64,000 nucleotides of DNA. It comes from Escherichia phage HMD-P3. The notes under the pieces were generated by a model. The model made no database searches. It saw only the letters and a program-made list of their open reading frames with translations, and was not told the origin of the DNA. Of the stretch, positions 8,908-18,527 are shown piece after piece (the stretch's first letter is position 1; each line of letters starts with the position of its first letter). The position numbers and the translations under genes were made by a program. Location of the stretch: sequence record PQ462667.1. One strand, given 5' to 3'.

Positions 8908-9527
8908 TAACTACCTCTCTTGTCCTCATTAATAGCAGCTCCCAACGCCTCCATAATAGCATCCTCTAAACTTCCATGTTTACTAGGATTATTAAAATGA
9001 ATAGTACAAACAGAACTCCTAGAAACTCCAGCATCCGCAGGTGCTACGCTTCGCATATCAGATTCAAAAGCTTCTTGAGTATGTTTTAACTGCACAGAAG
9101 GGCCGTAATCTTCCGCAAATTTATATGACTGCGTACTACTTACCACACCCCCACAAGGAACATTGTGCATATCTGACATTAATCTTTTATCGGAGTTATT
9201 CAGCATTGAGATTGTCCCTGACTGCCACGGATCTCTAATAGTCACTGGAGTACTAGGGCGGTTCACCTCAGTCTTCACAAGTTTGTACCCTGCATCGATT
9301 AATGCGTTAATTAGATTATCAGCCGGGATGCGAGCCTTGCCAAAAATCTCACGAGCGTTGTTGAGCCTGCCTTCAAAACCTTTACATGCTCTAATATTAG
9401 TGTGTGCAAAGGTTAGCTTCATAGATTTGAATTGTACAGTAGCAGTTAAATCTTTAAAGCTATAATCCCATGTATTCAGTTCATGGTCTGGTACTACTTG
9501 AATAGGTTGTTGTACATTAAAAGTCAT
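8907..9527 (-). CDS. hypothetical protein (206 aa)
   Basis: Long ORF, translationally coupled to neighbours. Confidence 0.6.
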   Translation of the reverse strand: MTFNVQQPIQVVPDHELNTWDYSFKDLTATVQFKSMKLTFAHTNIRACKGFEGRLNNAREIFGKARIPADNLINALIDAGYKLVKTEVNRPSTPVTIRDPWQSGTISMLNNSDKRLMSDMHNVPCGGVVSSTQSYKFAEDYGPSVQLKHTQEAFESDMRSVAPADAGVSRSSVCTIHFNNPSKHGSLEDAIMEALGAAINEDKRGS

Positions 9528-9712
9528 TATTTATTCTCCAGTTTGTCTAACAGTTTATGGGCTGCGATGTTATATTGTTTAAGTTCACGATTAAGGATTT
9601 GGTTCTCACTCTTTAGCTCTAGATTCTTATTATTAAGAATACTGCAGATTAGTAGAAGTGCTAGTATTAGTAACAGAGAACCTACGAGCATTAAAAGAAA
9701 AAGAGTTTCCAT
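9527..9712 (-). CDS. small membrane protein with coiled-coil tail
   Basis: N-terminal hydrophobic helix LLMLVGSLLLILALLLI. Confidence 0.5.
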   Translation of the reverse strand: METLFLLMLVGSLLLILALLLICSILNNKNLELKSENQILNRELKQYNIAAHKLLDKLENK

Positions 9713-9957
9713 TATTTAACTCCCATGTAACGTTTGAGATACACAATGAAGTCTTCTGCTGTATGCGCTGTGCTACCTTGAGATACGAATAGCTTGAGAG
9801 CTTCACGTTGTAGTTTTAGACCCGCTACCTCACCACGTAATTTTACTAGATCTTCTGCTAGTTCTCTAGCTCTACGCATAATAGCAAAAGATACAAGTAC
9901 TACGATGAATAACATAACTACTAAAATAATTGCTATGATTTCCATATTAACATCCAA
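9712..9957 (-). CDS. small membrane protein
   Basis: Hydrophobic helix IIAIILVVMLFIVVLV. Confidence 0.5.
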   Translation of the reverse strand: MDVNMEIIAIILVVMLFIVVLVSFAIMRRARELAEDLVKLRGEVAGLKLQREALKLFVSQGSTAHTAEDFIVYLKRYMGVK

Positions 9958-10223
9958 CTTTTATCACACATTTGGGCATGCTCTATCAATTCATTCATTG
10001 ATATACTGGCATCATAAATACTCTCTAGTATATCCCTTCTGTCAAATTCGTCAACCAAATATTCTACGTTATTTATTACTACTTTATACAGATCTGGGAC
10101 TAGTGAGCATGTATTTGGTATTGGGCGACTGCTTAAGTCTATTTCATTATAGCCCCACGTTGTTTTAAATAGTTTGTTACTAAGTGCTGCTAATGGATTT
10201 GACCATATAATATAGCTACTCAC
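9933..10223 (-). CDS. hypothetical protein
   Basis: 96-aa ORF. Confidence 0.45.
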   Translation of the reverse strand: MSSYIIWSNPLAALSNKLFKTTWGYNEIDLSSRPIPNTCSLVPDLYKVVINNVEYLVDEFDRRDILESIYDASISMNELIEHAQMCDKSWMLIWKS

Positions 10224-10659
10224 TATTTATCTCCATTCTTAACTTTGAAAACTTATTATACCAAACTATATGATTATCGTCAATTACAAATTTATGATAA
10301 CATGCTGGCACGGTGTAGGTTCCATAATCCGTGACACGCTGCACAACCTTGTGTGCACACAGTCGACAACCATGCCCTTCTAAATGAGATCTAGCAGTTT
10401 GCCAGTAATAACCATCATGGTCCTGGCAATAGATCTCGACTTGCTGTTGCATTGTTTTATAATTTACACGCTCATACCCAAAGAAAGCTCCATGAGCTGC
10501 AATAGCTTTCTTGATAAATATAAGATTTAGTGCTTCTTGCTGAAAGTCGGGATGTAGCTGCTTAATCTTAGTTCTATTAATAGATCCATCTGATTTGATA
10601 AACCTATTTATTGGGAAGTTGTTAGCTTCCTCGATTAGTAATTCATTTACTTTTTCTCT
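10216..10659 (-). CDS. HNH-like homing-endonuclease-family protein (paralog of 7352..8189)
   Basis: Shared block NxxKIxQLHPDFQQEALNLIFI...QTARSHLxGHGC; start moved to the internal Met (MREKVNELL) to avoid overlap with 10664..10888. Confidence 0.6.
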   Translation of the reverse strand, partial: REKVNELLIEEANNFPINRFIKSDGSINRTKIKQLHPDFQQEALNLIFIKKAIAAHGAFFGYERVNYKTMQQQVEIYCQDHDGYYWQTARSHLEGHGCRLCAHKVVQRVTDYGTYTVPACYHKFVIDDNHIVWYNKFSKLRMEINSE

Positions 10660-10663
10660 CATA

Positions 10664-10888
10664 TTAGATATTCTCACACCTAAGATAGAAACATTCGTAA
10701 GCATCACCAGTAAACTCTTTATCTTGTAGTATACACTTAGCCTGGTCTTCTGGTACTCCAGCATCTAATAATTGTTGTTTACTTGGCTTTTCAGCGAATA
10801 CCTTTACAAAATATTCACCATCCTGATTGTATTCATTTATATCTCTAGTGAGGACATATACTTGCATTTGAAGTTCCTTGAAACACAA
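10664..10888 (-). CDS. hypothetical protein
   Basis: 74-aa ORF. Confidence 0.45.
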   Translation of the reverse strand: MCFKELQMQVYVLTRDINEYNQDGEYFVKVFAEKPSKQQLLDAGVPEDQAKCILQDKEFTGDAYECFYLRCENI

Positions 10889-10921
10889 AAGGCCAGAACA
10901 ATTAAGTCCTGGCCTCTAGAA

Positions 10922-11293
10922 TTAATGAAGTTGTTTACCACTTCTTAACATAGTGGCCGTTTCCATAAGATTTAACGTTGTATCACGCTTTTTGATTTGT
11001 TTGTCGAGTTCATCGGTACGTTTGCCAATGTAAGCGTTAATAGCCATATTCATAGCTGAGGCGAGATCTTCTTTGGTTATCTCTTCATCATCTAAAGCTA
11101 ATTTAGCCAAAGAATCGAAAGTACTAGAAAGTCCTATAAGGTCAGAAGCTTCCCCAGCCAAAATAGGGTTAACATTATCTATTGTTACTTCTAGCATGGA
11201 GTTAACAATATCTTCTCCGTCTACTAGACCAGATTCAATATTACTCTCCCATTCCTTCATCTGCTCCAGCAATGGATTTTTCTTTTCTGTCAT
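10922..11293 (-). CDS. hypothetical acidic protein
   Basis: Start moved to the Met preceded by aggaaacc. Confidence 0.5.
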   Translation of the reverse strand: MTEKKNPLLEQMKEWESNIESGLVDGEDIVNSMLEVTIDNVNPILAGEASDLIGLSSTFDSLAKLALDDEEITKEDLASAMNMAINAYIGKRTDELDKQIKKRDTTLNLMETATMLRSGKQLH

Positions 11294-11702
11294 GGTAGAG
11301 GTTTCCTGTGTCAGTTGGTAAGAAGGACGATTGAGCTTTAGGCGGATGTTGTTTAGCAATCCAGTTAAGAATCAGCACACGACTAGGAACAATATCAGTG
11401 TTGTACCAGAAATCATGAACCCATTGACGAGCATCCTCAAACTTACCAAATTTATACGCTTTCTTAAACAATTTAAATCCAAAACAATCCGGTGTAAAGT
11501 CTACTTCACGATACTGAATTACTTTAGAACCAGTTAGGTCTTGGATCGCTGCATTAATTTCTGTATGAGAGAATTTTGTTTCGTGAAACTTATTAAAGAA
11601 TCGGTAGTTGAAGCGTCCGTTCGTTTCGACAAATAACTGGATAAAGAGATCGTTAAATTGGTTATCAAACCAGTAATTCTGTAGTTGTTGTAGTGCTGTC
11701 AT
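11241..11702 (-). CDS. hypothetical protein
   Basis: 153-aa ORF. Confidence 0.55.
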   Translation of the reverse strand: MTALQQLQNYWFDNQFNDLFIQLFVETNGRFNYRFFNKFHETKFSHTEINAAIQDLTGSKVIQYREVDFTPDCFGFKLFKKAYKFGKFEDARQWVHDFWYNTDIVPSRVLILNWIAKQHPPKAQSSFLPTDTGNLYHDRKEKSIAGADEGMGE

Positions 11703-11899
11703 TTACGAACTCCGTTAATTGCCATAATGATGCCTTCATACATAAAAGGAAGTAGTTCAGAAGTGTAGAAGATATTTTCCGTTATTCCTAGATGTCGAAA
11801 AAGTATATTAAATAATGTTGTTAGAAATACAATCTGAGGCAGTAATACAAAATACTCAGTTACAATCTTTGGTGCCTGATAAACAAGACGTTTTATCAT
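11699..11899 (-). CDS. small membrane protein
   Basis: Hydrophobic segment. Confidence 0.45.
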   Translation of the reverse strand: MIKRLVYQAPKIVTEYFVLLPQIVFLTTLFNILFRHLGITENIFYTSELLPFMYEGIIMAINGVRK

Positions 11900-11998
11900 T
11901 GTTTTTAAGTCTCCTTATTACTTTGGCCTGCTCCACAATAATAAAAACTGCAAGCACTAATAGTGCTATTAGCCCCGCAGTAATTGGTACTAAATCAA

Positions 11999-12325
11999 TC
12001 ATGGGAGACGCCATACGTAATTAGCTGTCTGTAGGATCTTAGGTGTGTCATTATGATACATTACTACAGACTTTGGTGAATAGCTATCAGCTAGTTCTTT
12101 ACGAATCATTTCACACTCTTCACCAGTATCAATATTTTTAACTATCACTTTCATATTAAGCGGTGTTAATACAGAAAGTGGTTTCCAGGAGTCCTCAATC
12201 TCAATTCCTACCTTTTTCTCGATTAACATGAGAACTTCTAATGTATCATCTGGAATACTAATATTATTATTCACAAACTGTAATATCTCATGTAAGGTAT
12301 TTAATTCATTAAAATTAAGCTTCAT
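11999..12325 (-). CDS. hypothetical protein
   Basis: 108-aa ORF. Confidence 0.5.
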   Translation of the reverse strand: MKLNFNELNTLHEILQFVNNNISIPDDTLEVLMLIEKKVGIEIEDSWKPLSVLTPLNMKVIVKNIDTGEECEMIRKELADSYSPKSVVMYHNDTPKILQTANYVWRLP

Positions 12326-12560
12326 CTTTAAGAATATCCTCTACCATATCACAAGACTGTTGCAATTCATTCGCAATTCGTTTAATATCGGTTTTTGTTA
12401 CTTTACCAACTAACATCACCAGTAGCATAGAAAAGATAATAAGTGGAACTGGAATAACAAATAAAGCTACCTTAACAACATTCTTTGGCGTCCATGTGTG
12501 GTATTTAGTAACCAGTACACCAACCACAATTAGATAAAACGCTAGAATAAACATCATCAT
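12315..12560 (-). CDS. small membrane protein
   Basis: Two hydrophobic helices. Confidence 0.5.
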   Translation of the reverse strand: MMMFILAFYLIVVGVLVTKYHTWTPKNVVKVALFVIPVPLIIFSMLLVMLVGKVTKTDIKRIANELQQSCDMVEDILKDEA

Positions 12561-12838
12561 TTTTTAATCTCCGTAATTATCTGTGCACGCATTACTTTAT
12601 TAGGTAATTTTGTATTCCCAGCTATTGCTTCAATATTGTTTAGTTTTTCTTTTAGAATATCTGAGCGTCTTTGTGCTAGTTCAATATCTTGTTCTTGTTC
12701 TATTAAGCGGCAGTGAAGTCCACTATTAGTAGTAAGCATACTCTCTATATTTTTTCGTATGCTTACAATACCAATAATCCCACCTATAGCTACTAGTGTC
12801 ATAAGCACTAGCAATCCAATGAGAATTTCAGTTAACAT
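12557..12838 (-). CDS. small membrane/coiled-coil protein
   Basis: N-terminal transmembrane helix, then coiled coil. Confidence 0.5.
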   Translation of the reverse strand: MLTEILIGLLVLMTLVAIGGIIGIVSIRKNIESMLTTNSGLHCRLIEQEQDIELAQRRSDILKEKLNNIEAIAGNTKLPNKVMRAQIITEIKK

Positions 12839-13001
12839 TAAATACCTCTACATTTTTCGTTATCCGGGACTAATTTACACATTTCTACATTTAACTCGTG
12901 GAGAGATTTGTCTACCTCAGTTAATCGCATGTTAAGAGCAACCATATTATATATTAATACTCCTATAAGGAATGACAGTATTGAAATTGATACTCTTTCC
13001 A

Positions 13002-13271
13002 TTATTTCTTACCTTTCAGTTGCTTAACTTCACGCTCAAAAGATGCTGCACGACGTTCAGCAGTCGCCTGATGTTCTTTCGCAAAACGTGCTTCCTGTTT
13101 TGCAAGGTTGAACGCCATAGCATTCTTATTCAGGGAATCATACATCTTTTTCATTGCCGGAATAGACATCTTCATGAGCTGGCCTTCAAAACCCTGCATG
13201 TCGAGGAGAATTGCCAGAACGTTAGCCATTTCGATTTTTGTCATGTTTTCCATTAGAATTTCCTCTCTCAT
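13002..13271 (-). CDS. hypothetical protein
   Basis: 89-aa ORF directly downstream of a T5-type early promoter/leader. Confidence 0.55.
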   Translation of the reverse strand: MREEILMENMTKIEMANVLAILLDMQGFEGQLMKMSIPAMKKMYDSLNKNAMAFNLAKQEARFAKEHQATAERRAASFEREVKQLKGKK

Positions 13272-13285
13272 TAATTTATGAACTT

Positions 13286-13314
13286 ATTATACAGAATTTT
13301 AAGGCTTAAAGCAA
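13286..13314 (-). promoter_or_regulatory. T5-type early promoter (TTGCTT-N17-TATAAT) with conserved leader
   Basis: Minus-strand reading: ttgctttaagccttaaaattctgtataat, then aagttcataaattaatgagagagga-ATG. Confidence 0.6.
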
Positions 13315-13331
13315 CTGAATTTTTTAATTAC

Positions 13332-13763
13332 TTACCAATCGTTAACAACGCCGGAGAACTCAGAAGCAAAAACTTTTTCAAATTTCTCTGCAATTTCAGG
13401 ATGATCTTTGCAGATCAGCTCAATACAGGCTTCTGGAGTCATCCCTTCATCTTCAGGATCACCATAGTATTTATCCCAAAGATCATCAGGAATGATATGC
13501 TCCGCCAAATCTTGGAAAGAGATTAACTGATAACGTTCTGCCTCCTCAGCGATAAGAATTTCGCACAGATCTTTATCTATATCGCTACGATAATCCGCAA
13601 TTAATAGGGCATTGCAAGCATGACATTCCCAGACCATCAAACGTTCAGAGATAGGGTTAGACTTATCCTGAACGTAAGACTGGAACAAGGTTCGGAAAGT
13701 TGCCTTAACTTGTTCAAACTTATCTGCTGCTGCGAAAACTAGAGCTTTATCAACTTTGTTCAT
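13332..13763 (-). CDS. hypothetical acidic protein
   Basis: 143-aa ORF with promoter/leader module upstream. Confidence 0.55.
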   Translation of the reverse strand: MNKVDKALVFAAADKFEQVKATFRTLFQSYVQDKSNPISERLMVWECHACNALLIADYRSDIDKDLCEILIAEEAERYQLISFQDLAEHIIPDDLWDKYYGDPEDEGMTPEACIELICKDHPEIAEKFEKVFASEFSGVVNDW

Positions 13764-13930
13764 TTTGATTCCTTCTCATCAATTTATAAAGTAATTATAC
13801 AGAAACTTAAGCATTTTAGCAAATAAAACTTTTAATTAAAATGCCTAATCCCGTGCCAATAGCAATACAAATGATTATAAGTATTGCTATCGCTTGTATG
13901 ATTCGTTTAATAATAGCCTCAGCTATATAC

Positions 13931-14521
13931 TTAGACATTTATATCACCACGTAATACAGCAGCTACATCTTCCCCTATTTGTAATACTTCGCCGGTAGTA
14001 CAATTAACTACTCTATCATAGCTAGTAAACTTACCAGACACAATATCCTCTAGTGGAACTGGAGTTTTACTCATTTCAAATGAGACATTAATATAACGTG
14101 GGTCACGTAAAGAAATAGTATGTACATGTCCGTGAATATTTAGTTTACCACGAAGTTCATTGGGGTGCAAAGGGCAGTGAGATAACCAAAACTTTTTGCC
14201 ACCTCCAGTCTGTTTACCTAGAGCCTGAATATCATCATAAACTTCCACTAAGTCCCTAATACTCAGTCCTTGACGCTCCGCATCATGATTACCCATAATC
14301 AGTTGATTAGGAACATTGTGGATAACCGACTTTAATTTGGCCAAGCCTTCACGACCTACTGCAATATCTCCTAGCAAAATAAGTTTTGTTCGCTTACCAA
14401 TATTCTTGGACAAAGTATCTAAAATATACTCATCGTGTTCTTTCATGTTCTTAAACCACGGACGGAAACGTAACGCTCCAGGGTGATCTAGGTGCAAGTC
14501 TGACCAGAATTTAACTTTCAT
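13931..14521 (-). CDS. calcineurin-like metallophosphoesterase
   Basis: Motifs SDLHLDH, GDIAVG, GNHD, GHVH. Confidence 0.7.
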   Translation of the reverse strand: MKVKFWSDLHLDHPGALRFRPWFKNMKEHDEYILDTLSKNIGKRTKLILLGDIAVGREGLAKLKSVIHNVPNQLIMGNHDAERQGLSIRDLVEVYDDIQALGKQTGGGKKFWLSHCPLHPNELRGKLNIHGHVHTISLRDPRYINVSFEMSKTPVPLEDIVSGKFTSYDRVVNCTTGEVLQIGEDVAAVLRGDINV

Positions 14522-14837
14522 TACTCTTTTCCTTATTCTGTATTAAACTATCAGCCCAAGAGGTTAACACTTTGGTTTTAAACTCCTCTGGAGTCTCTCC
14601 TTCCTTAAGGTCTACCTCATTAAGGTAGGTAGTAAGCCTTGTTTCTATCTCTATTTCAGCAGGAGAATTAAAACAAAAATTGACTGCTATTCCAGAATAT
14701 ATTACTCCGGTATCTCCTTTGACGAAAGCATTAACTAATGCCCTCCAACGAAGGGCATCAATACGCATTGCTCGTAATTCTTCTTGTACTTCTTTCATTC
14801 TATCATTCATTAAAGAATCCTCTGTACACCGCAGCAA
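14511..14837 (-). CDS. hypothetical protein
   Basis: 108-aa ORF. Confidence 0.5.
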   Translation of the reverse strand: MLRCTEDSLMNDRMKEVQEELRAMRIDALRWRALVNAFVKGDTGVIYSGIAVNFCFNSPAEIEIETRLTTYLNEVDLKEGETPEEFKTKVLTSWADSLIQNKEKSNES

Positions 14838-15685
14838 TTATTTTTATCTGTGGTAAATGTGGTGATTTTGCCCGTTTCATCATTAACTTGCGCAACCGTC
14901 AACTGCCCGTTGAAAACACCGCCAGTATCAAGATAAACACGGTTTTTATAAAGAAGTGGGTAAGGAACCCCAGTGTGTCCGTGGAACACAAAATCTACCC
15001 CCTTAACTTCTGGCACTTCTACCATGTATTTTTCTTTAAATCCTGCATAACGCTGGAAATATGGGTGTTCCTCACCATTTTTGGACAAGTAGAAGCCTAT
15101 TTCTTGGATTACATCTCGATCCCATAAATATGGTTCAACATGGTATCCCGTATGGTCATGTGGGTCTTCCTTAGCTGCTTCTACTTGCGCAATAAGATTA
15201 TCCCATACTGGGGTTTCTACTTCATTACCGCATTCTTTGTACGTAAAAGGTACACCACCATGAACAACACCAAATTTCTTACCACGATGTCTAACAGTTA
15301 GGAATACTGGCATTTTTTCAGCCATATCTTCGGCAATATTTTTAATGGTGTCTGCATCTAGTTCATTCATAGCCCACATACCACCATTATACATCCAATT
15401 AGCCCAATCTCCCACAATCATAAATTGGTCATGATTACCCCGGACACTGATAAAGCGTGGATTATATAGGAATTTGGCTAAAACTTGTAAGTTTTGTGTA
15501 CCTCGGTCAATTAAGTCACCAACACATACTACGCAATCTTTTTTGCTATTATACCCCGCTAATTTCAGCGCATCTTCTAGCAAATCGTTGCATCCATGAA
15601 TATCACCAACGAAAAACAAGTTGGCCTCATCCGGCACTACTAGAGTTTTATGTACATTGAATTCTTTTTTCATAATTATTCCCAA
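14810..15685 (-). CDS. serine/threonine protein phosphatase (PPP family, lambda-phosphatase-like)
   Basis: Motifs GDIHG, GDLIDRG, GNHD. Confidence 0.8.
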   Translation of the reverse strand: MGIIMKKEFNVHKTLVVPDEANLFFVGDIHGCNDLLEDALKLAGYNSKKDCVVCVGDLIDRGTQNLQVLAKFLYNPRFISVRGNHDQFMIVGDWANWMYNGGMWAMNELDADTIKNIAEDMAEKMPVFLTVRHRGKKFGVVHGGVPFTYKECGNEVETPVWDNLIAQVEAAKEDPHDHTGYHVEPYLWDRDVIQEIGFYLSKNGEEHPYFQRYAGFKEKYMVEVPEVKGVDFVFHGHTGVPYPLLYKNRVYLDTGGVFNGQLTVAQVNDETGKITTFTTDKNNCCGVQRIL

Positions 15686-15921
15686 ATAACAGTTAAAATA
15701 GTTGTGCCATAATCATTAGATAGTTGGAGAGTATAACCCTCTTTATAGAGGGCTTTTATAGCTTCATAACTAATTTCATCACGATTAAACTGTACAAAAG
15801 AGCCTCCAATCTCCACAGAAGAAACTATTCTCTTTTTAACATACTTATATGGTTTCTTTCTGCTATTAATAAGTGCAGCTCTATTTATCCTGGCTAAACG
15901 TTTTGCTTGTTCCGCTAACAT
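15676..15921 (-). CDS. hypothetical protein
   Basis: 81-aa ORF. Confidence 0.45.
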   Translation of the reverse strand: MLAEQAKRLARINRAALINSRKKPYKYVKKRIVSSVEIGGSFVQFNRDEISYEAIKALYKEGYTLQLSNDYGTTILTVIWE

Positions 15922-16018
15922 TTAATCCTCCAATCAATTTATATAAGTATTATACCAAAATTTTTAGCAAAAAGCAAGTAAAATAAAAGCCTGATCAGCT
16001 AAGATCAGGCTTTGTTTA

Positions 16019-16309
16019 TTAGTCCTCTGGATTATCATCCAGGAAATTTTTAATAGCTTCGTGCATAGTTTCTTTACGAAGCTGACGTCCAATCAGAATA
16101 TGATTAGCTTCTACTCGACCATTAGGTAAGCGATCCGCCAGAACTACTACAGGAACTTGGCGCACACCAAATTTCTGCATTAATTCTGTATTATCAGTCT
16201 CTTTATGGATTTCCAAATTATAGTCACTGACTACTTTATCAAATACTGGCTCAAACATTTTGCAAGGATTGCAAGTGGAACCTTTCAATAGATATACTAA
16301 TTTACTCAT
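16019..16309 (-). CDS. thioredoxin/glutaredoxin-fold redoxin-like protein
   Basis: CxxC motif (CNPC) near the N-terminus, size about 10 kDa. Confidence 0.5.
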   Translation of the reverse strand: MSKLVYLLKGSTCNPCKMFEPVFDKVVSDYNLEIHKETDNTELMQKFGVRQVPVVVLADRLPNGRVEANHILIGRQLRKETMHEAIKNFLDDNPED

Positions 16310-16733
16310 AGTTATTAATGGCCTCTAAGAAGTTTCTCATAGTTTTTACGGTTGCGGTGCTTAGATCAAGATTTACACCCAAACACTCGGTTAATGCCTC
16401 CTGATAAGGAGCCTTCAATCTGCCTTCTGGGACTTCTACCTTTTTATACTCTTTATTTTTGACCTTTTTAATCATAGTCTCTAGTACAAGAAGCGGTAAT
16501 TTAGCACCTTCAATATCAGTACCCAAAAGTTCAGTTAAAATTTTATTAAGATCAAGACGAGTTAACTTTTTGCCCTTAGACATAGATGCACCTACCTTTG
16601 TATCAATAGATTTTTCCGCTTTCTTTTCGAGCTTTTTGTACTCAGGAGAGTCATGATCACGGAGTGCAATGTTTAGCTCGTAATGTGGTATACGAAAATG
16701 TTCCGCCATTTGAGTATAGAAACGATCAGACAT
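16302..16733 (-). CDS. hypothetical protein
   Basis: 143-aa ORF. Confidence 0.5.
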   Translation of the reverse strand: MSDRFYTQMAEHFRIPHYELNIALRDHDSPEYKKLEKKAEKSIDTKVGASMSKGKKLTRLDLNKILTELLGTDIEGAKLPLLVLETMIKKVKNKEYKKVEVPEGRLKAPYQEALTECLGVNLDLSTATVKTMRNFLEAINNYE

Positions 16734-16808
16734 AATATATACCTCTCTTAACTAATTTATGTATATATTATATAATAACTAGGGCTAAAAGTCAACTACT
16801 TTTTTATC

Positions 16809-17225
16809 TTAATCTACTACATGTATAAATCTTTTCCTAACTAGATACATAGTTATTGGGTAAATTGAGTACATAAGTATCGGGGAGAAAAGGGTGAAAT
16901 ACGCTGTAACTCCCCCAGCTAACATCAAAGGTATTAATGCTAGAGTAAGGGCCATAAGAATCATGCCGAATGAAACAGCCAAAGCTATGGATACTGGATT
17001 CTCTAGTTCCATCCATAGCCAACAGTACTTCGTATCTCCATGGCAATTGTATTTACAAACGCCGAATGAACCCATAATTATATACTCTAGTCCTTGAATA
17101 ATCTTTATTAATAAGTTATTTCTGGTAACTAGTGCAATGATAGTAAAGATTATCAGTGCAACGAATACTACTAGACTTATTTTCCAGATACCTAGCAGCA
17201 TCATAGTGAATAGTTCTGCAAACAT
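16809..17225 (-). CDS. integral membrane protein
   Basis: Four hydrophobic segments. Confidence 0.5.
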   Translation of the reverse strand: MFAELFTMMLLGIWKISLVVFVALIIFTIIALVTRNNLLIKIIQGLEYIIMGSFGVCKYNCHGDTKYCWLWMELENPVSIALAVSFGMILMALTLALIPLMLAGGVTAYFTLFSPILMYSIYPITMYLVRKRFIHVVD

Positions 17226-17304
17226 GGCTTTCTCCTATCTTTAGAAAATTATTAAAGCCCCCTTTTGCCTAAAAAGGCGGGAATATTCCCGCCTCAGTTA
17301 TTAA

Positions 17305-17718
17305 TTAAACTAGTTCTACATGACCGCCATCATAGGTACCACGTTTTATTTCGTCGTGATAGTCTCCCGAAGCATTCCAATCAGCACCAAAACGAAGTTT
17401 AATACCTAGTTCTTTACCTGCTTGTTCAAAAGCCTTTTTAACTGCCCAAAATGCTTCTAAGTCGTTCCAATCAATCTTGCCATTAATGTATGGAGCAAAA
17501 TCAAGAGCATCCCCAGTAATATGCTTGCTTTTACTAGGATCTTTTAAAAATGAAGTACCATTAGCAATATTCTGGGCACTTTGTGCTACTGTACGAATAC
17601 CTTGTACGATCGTAAAATCATATGGAGATAATTCTAAAGCTCTACGAGCTACTTTTTGTAACTCTGGCTTAACAGTAGCTAACTGTTTTTCGCTATTTTT
17701 ACCAAATTTAAAACTCAT
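17305..17718 (-). CDS. lys: endolysin, L-alanyl-D-glutamate peptidase (M15 zinc peptidase, T5 Lys-like)
   Basis: 137 aa; M15 H...D...H signature (HITGDALD...GGHVE); agrees with my recollection of the T5 endolysin. Confidence 0.85.
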   Translation of the reverse strand: MSFKFGKNSEKQLATVKPELQKVARRALELSPYDFTIVQGIRTVAQSAQNIANGTSFLKDPSKSKHITGDALDFAPYINGKIDWNDLEAFWAVKKAFEQAGKELGIKLRFGADWNASGDYHDEIKRGTYDGGHVELV

Positions 17719-18371
17719 ATTGATCTACCTAAAGATCTCTGTTGTGGGGAACAGAGCTTTGTTAAGTACTCGTTAAATTTCTCAGAATCGGCTGCATCTA
17801 CAGGATTATCTTTCCAAGCAATACCAATATATCCAGCATAGATATTGTTTAGATTGAAATACGGACAAGTGTATATGTAATTAAAAGTAACGTTCTTAAA
17901 CGCAGGTATATTTAACCCCATGTATTTATTTACTTTTACACTTAAGTCCGAGGCGTAGTTAAAGCCGTCTAAGTGTCGTCTATATAGCTCAGACGTTTTA
18001 TTTACTGCTTTATCGGCCAAGTCAGCCCTATCTAATTGCGCATTGCTTTCCCATGCAATAATGTTAGAATAATCATTAACGGCTTCGGGTTTATACTTGA
18101 CAACAAAAACAGCATCCGCACCCGTTTGGGAAAAAAGAACCATGCTCTTTTCTCTAGCTACGTTAGGAAAATTACTTATCCTTTGAGTTTGAACATCCTG
18201 TAGAACCGCAGACGTGGAGAAAGTCTTTAAGAATGACATCACCTCACTAGTATTACTAACAAATAAGAAAATAATGACAGCAACTAAGATAGTTAGCAGA
18301 CGTTTAAGAAGCGATGCTGGATCTTTCGCTTCTTGGAGCAGTACCGTTAATAATTGTAAGAACTTTTCCAA
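17715..18371 (-). CDS. putative holin
   Basis: Immediately upstream of and overlapping the endolysin; transmembrane helix ILVAVIIFLFV. Confidence 0.5.
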   Translation of the reverse strand: MEKFLQLLTVLLQEAKDPASLLKRLLTILVAVIIFLFVSNTSEVMSFLKTFSTSAVLQDVQTQRISNFPNVAREKSMVLFSQTGADAVFVVKYKPEAVNDYSNIIAWESNAQLDRADLADKAVNKTSELYRRHLDGFNYASDLSVKVNKYMGLNIPAFKNVTFNYIYTCPYFNLNNIYAGYIGIAWKDNPVDAADSEKFNEYLTKLCSPQQRSLGRSI

Positions 18372-18527
18372 TTGTAACCTCCTCTAACCAGTACCATTAT
18401 ACTAATTTTGGAGGAAAATTACAATGTGTTTTTAAAGATCACTTCTGGAGCATAAAATTTTGTCGTTGTCAAGAAGAATTTTAGATAAAAGAAAAGCCAG
18501 GGTCGTTAAACCCTGGCTTAAAACTAC

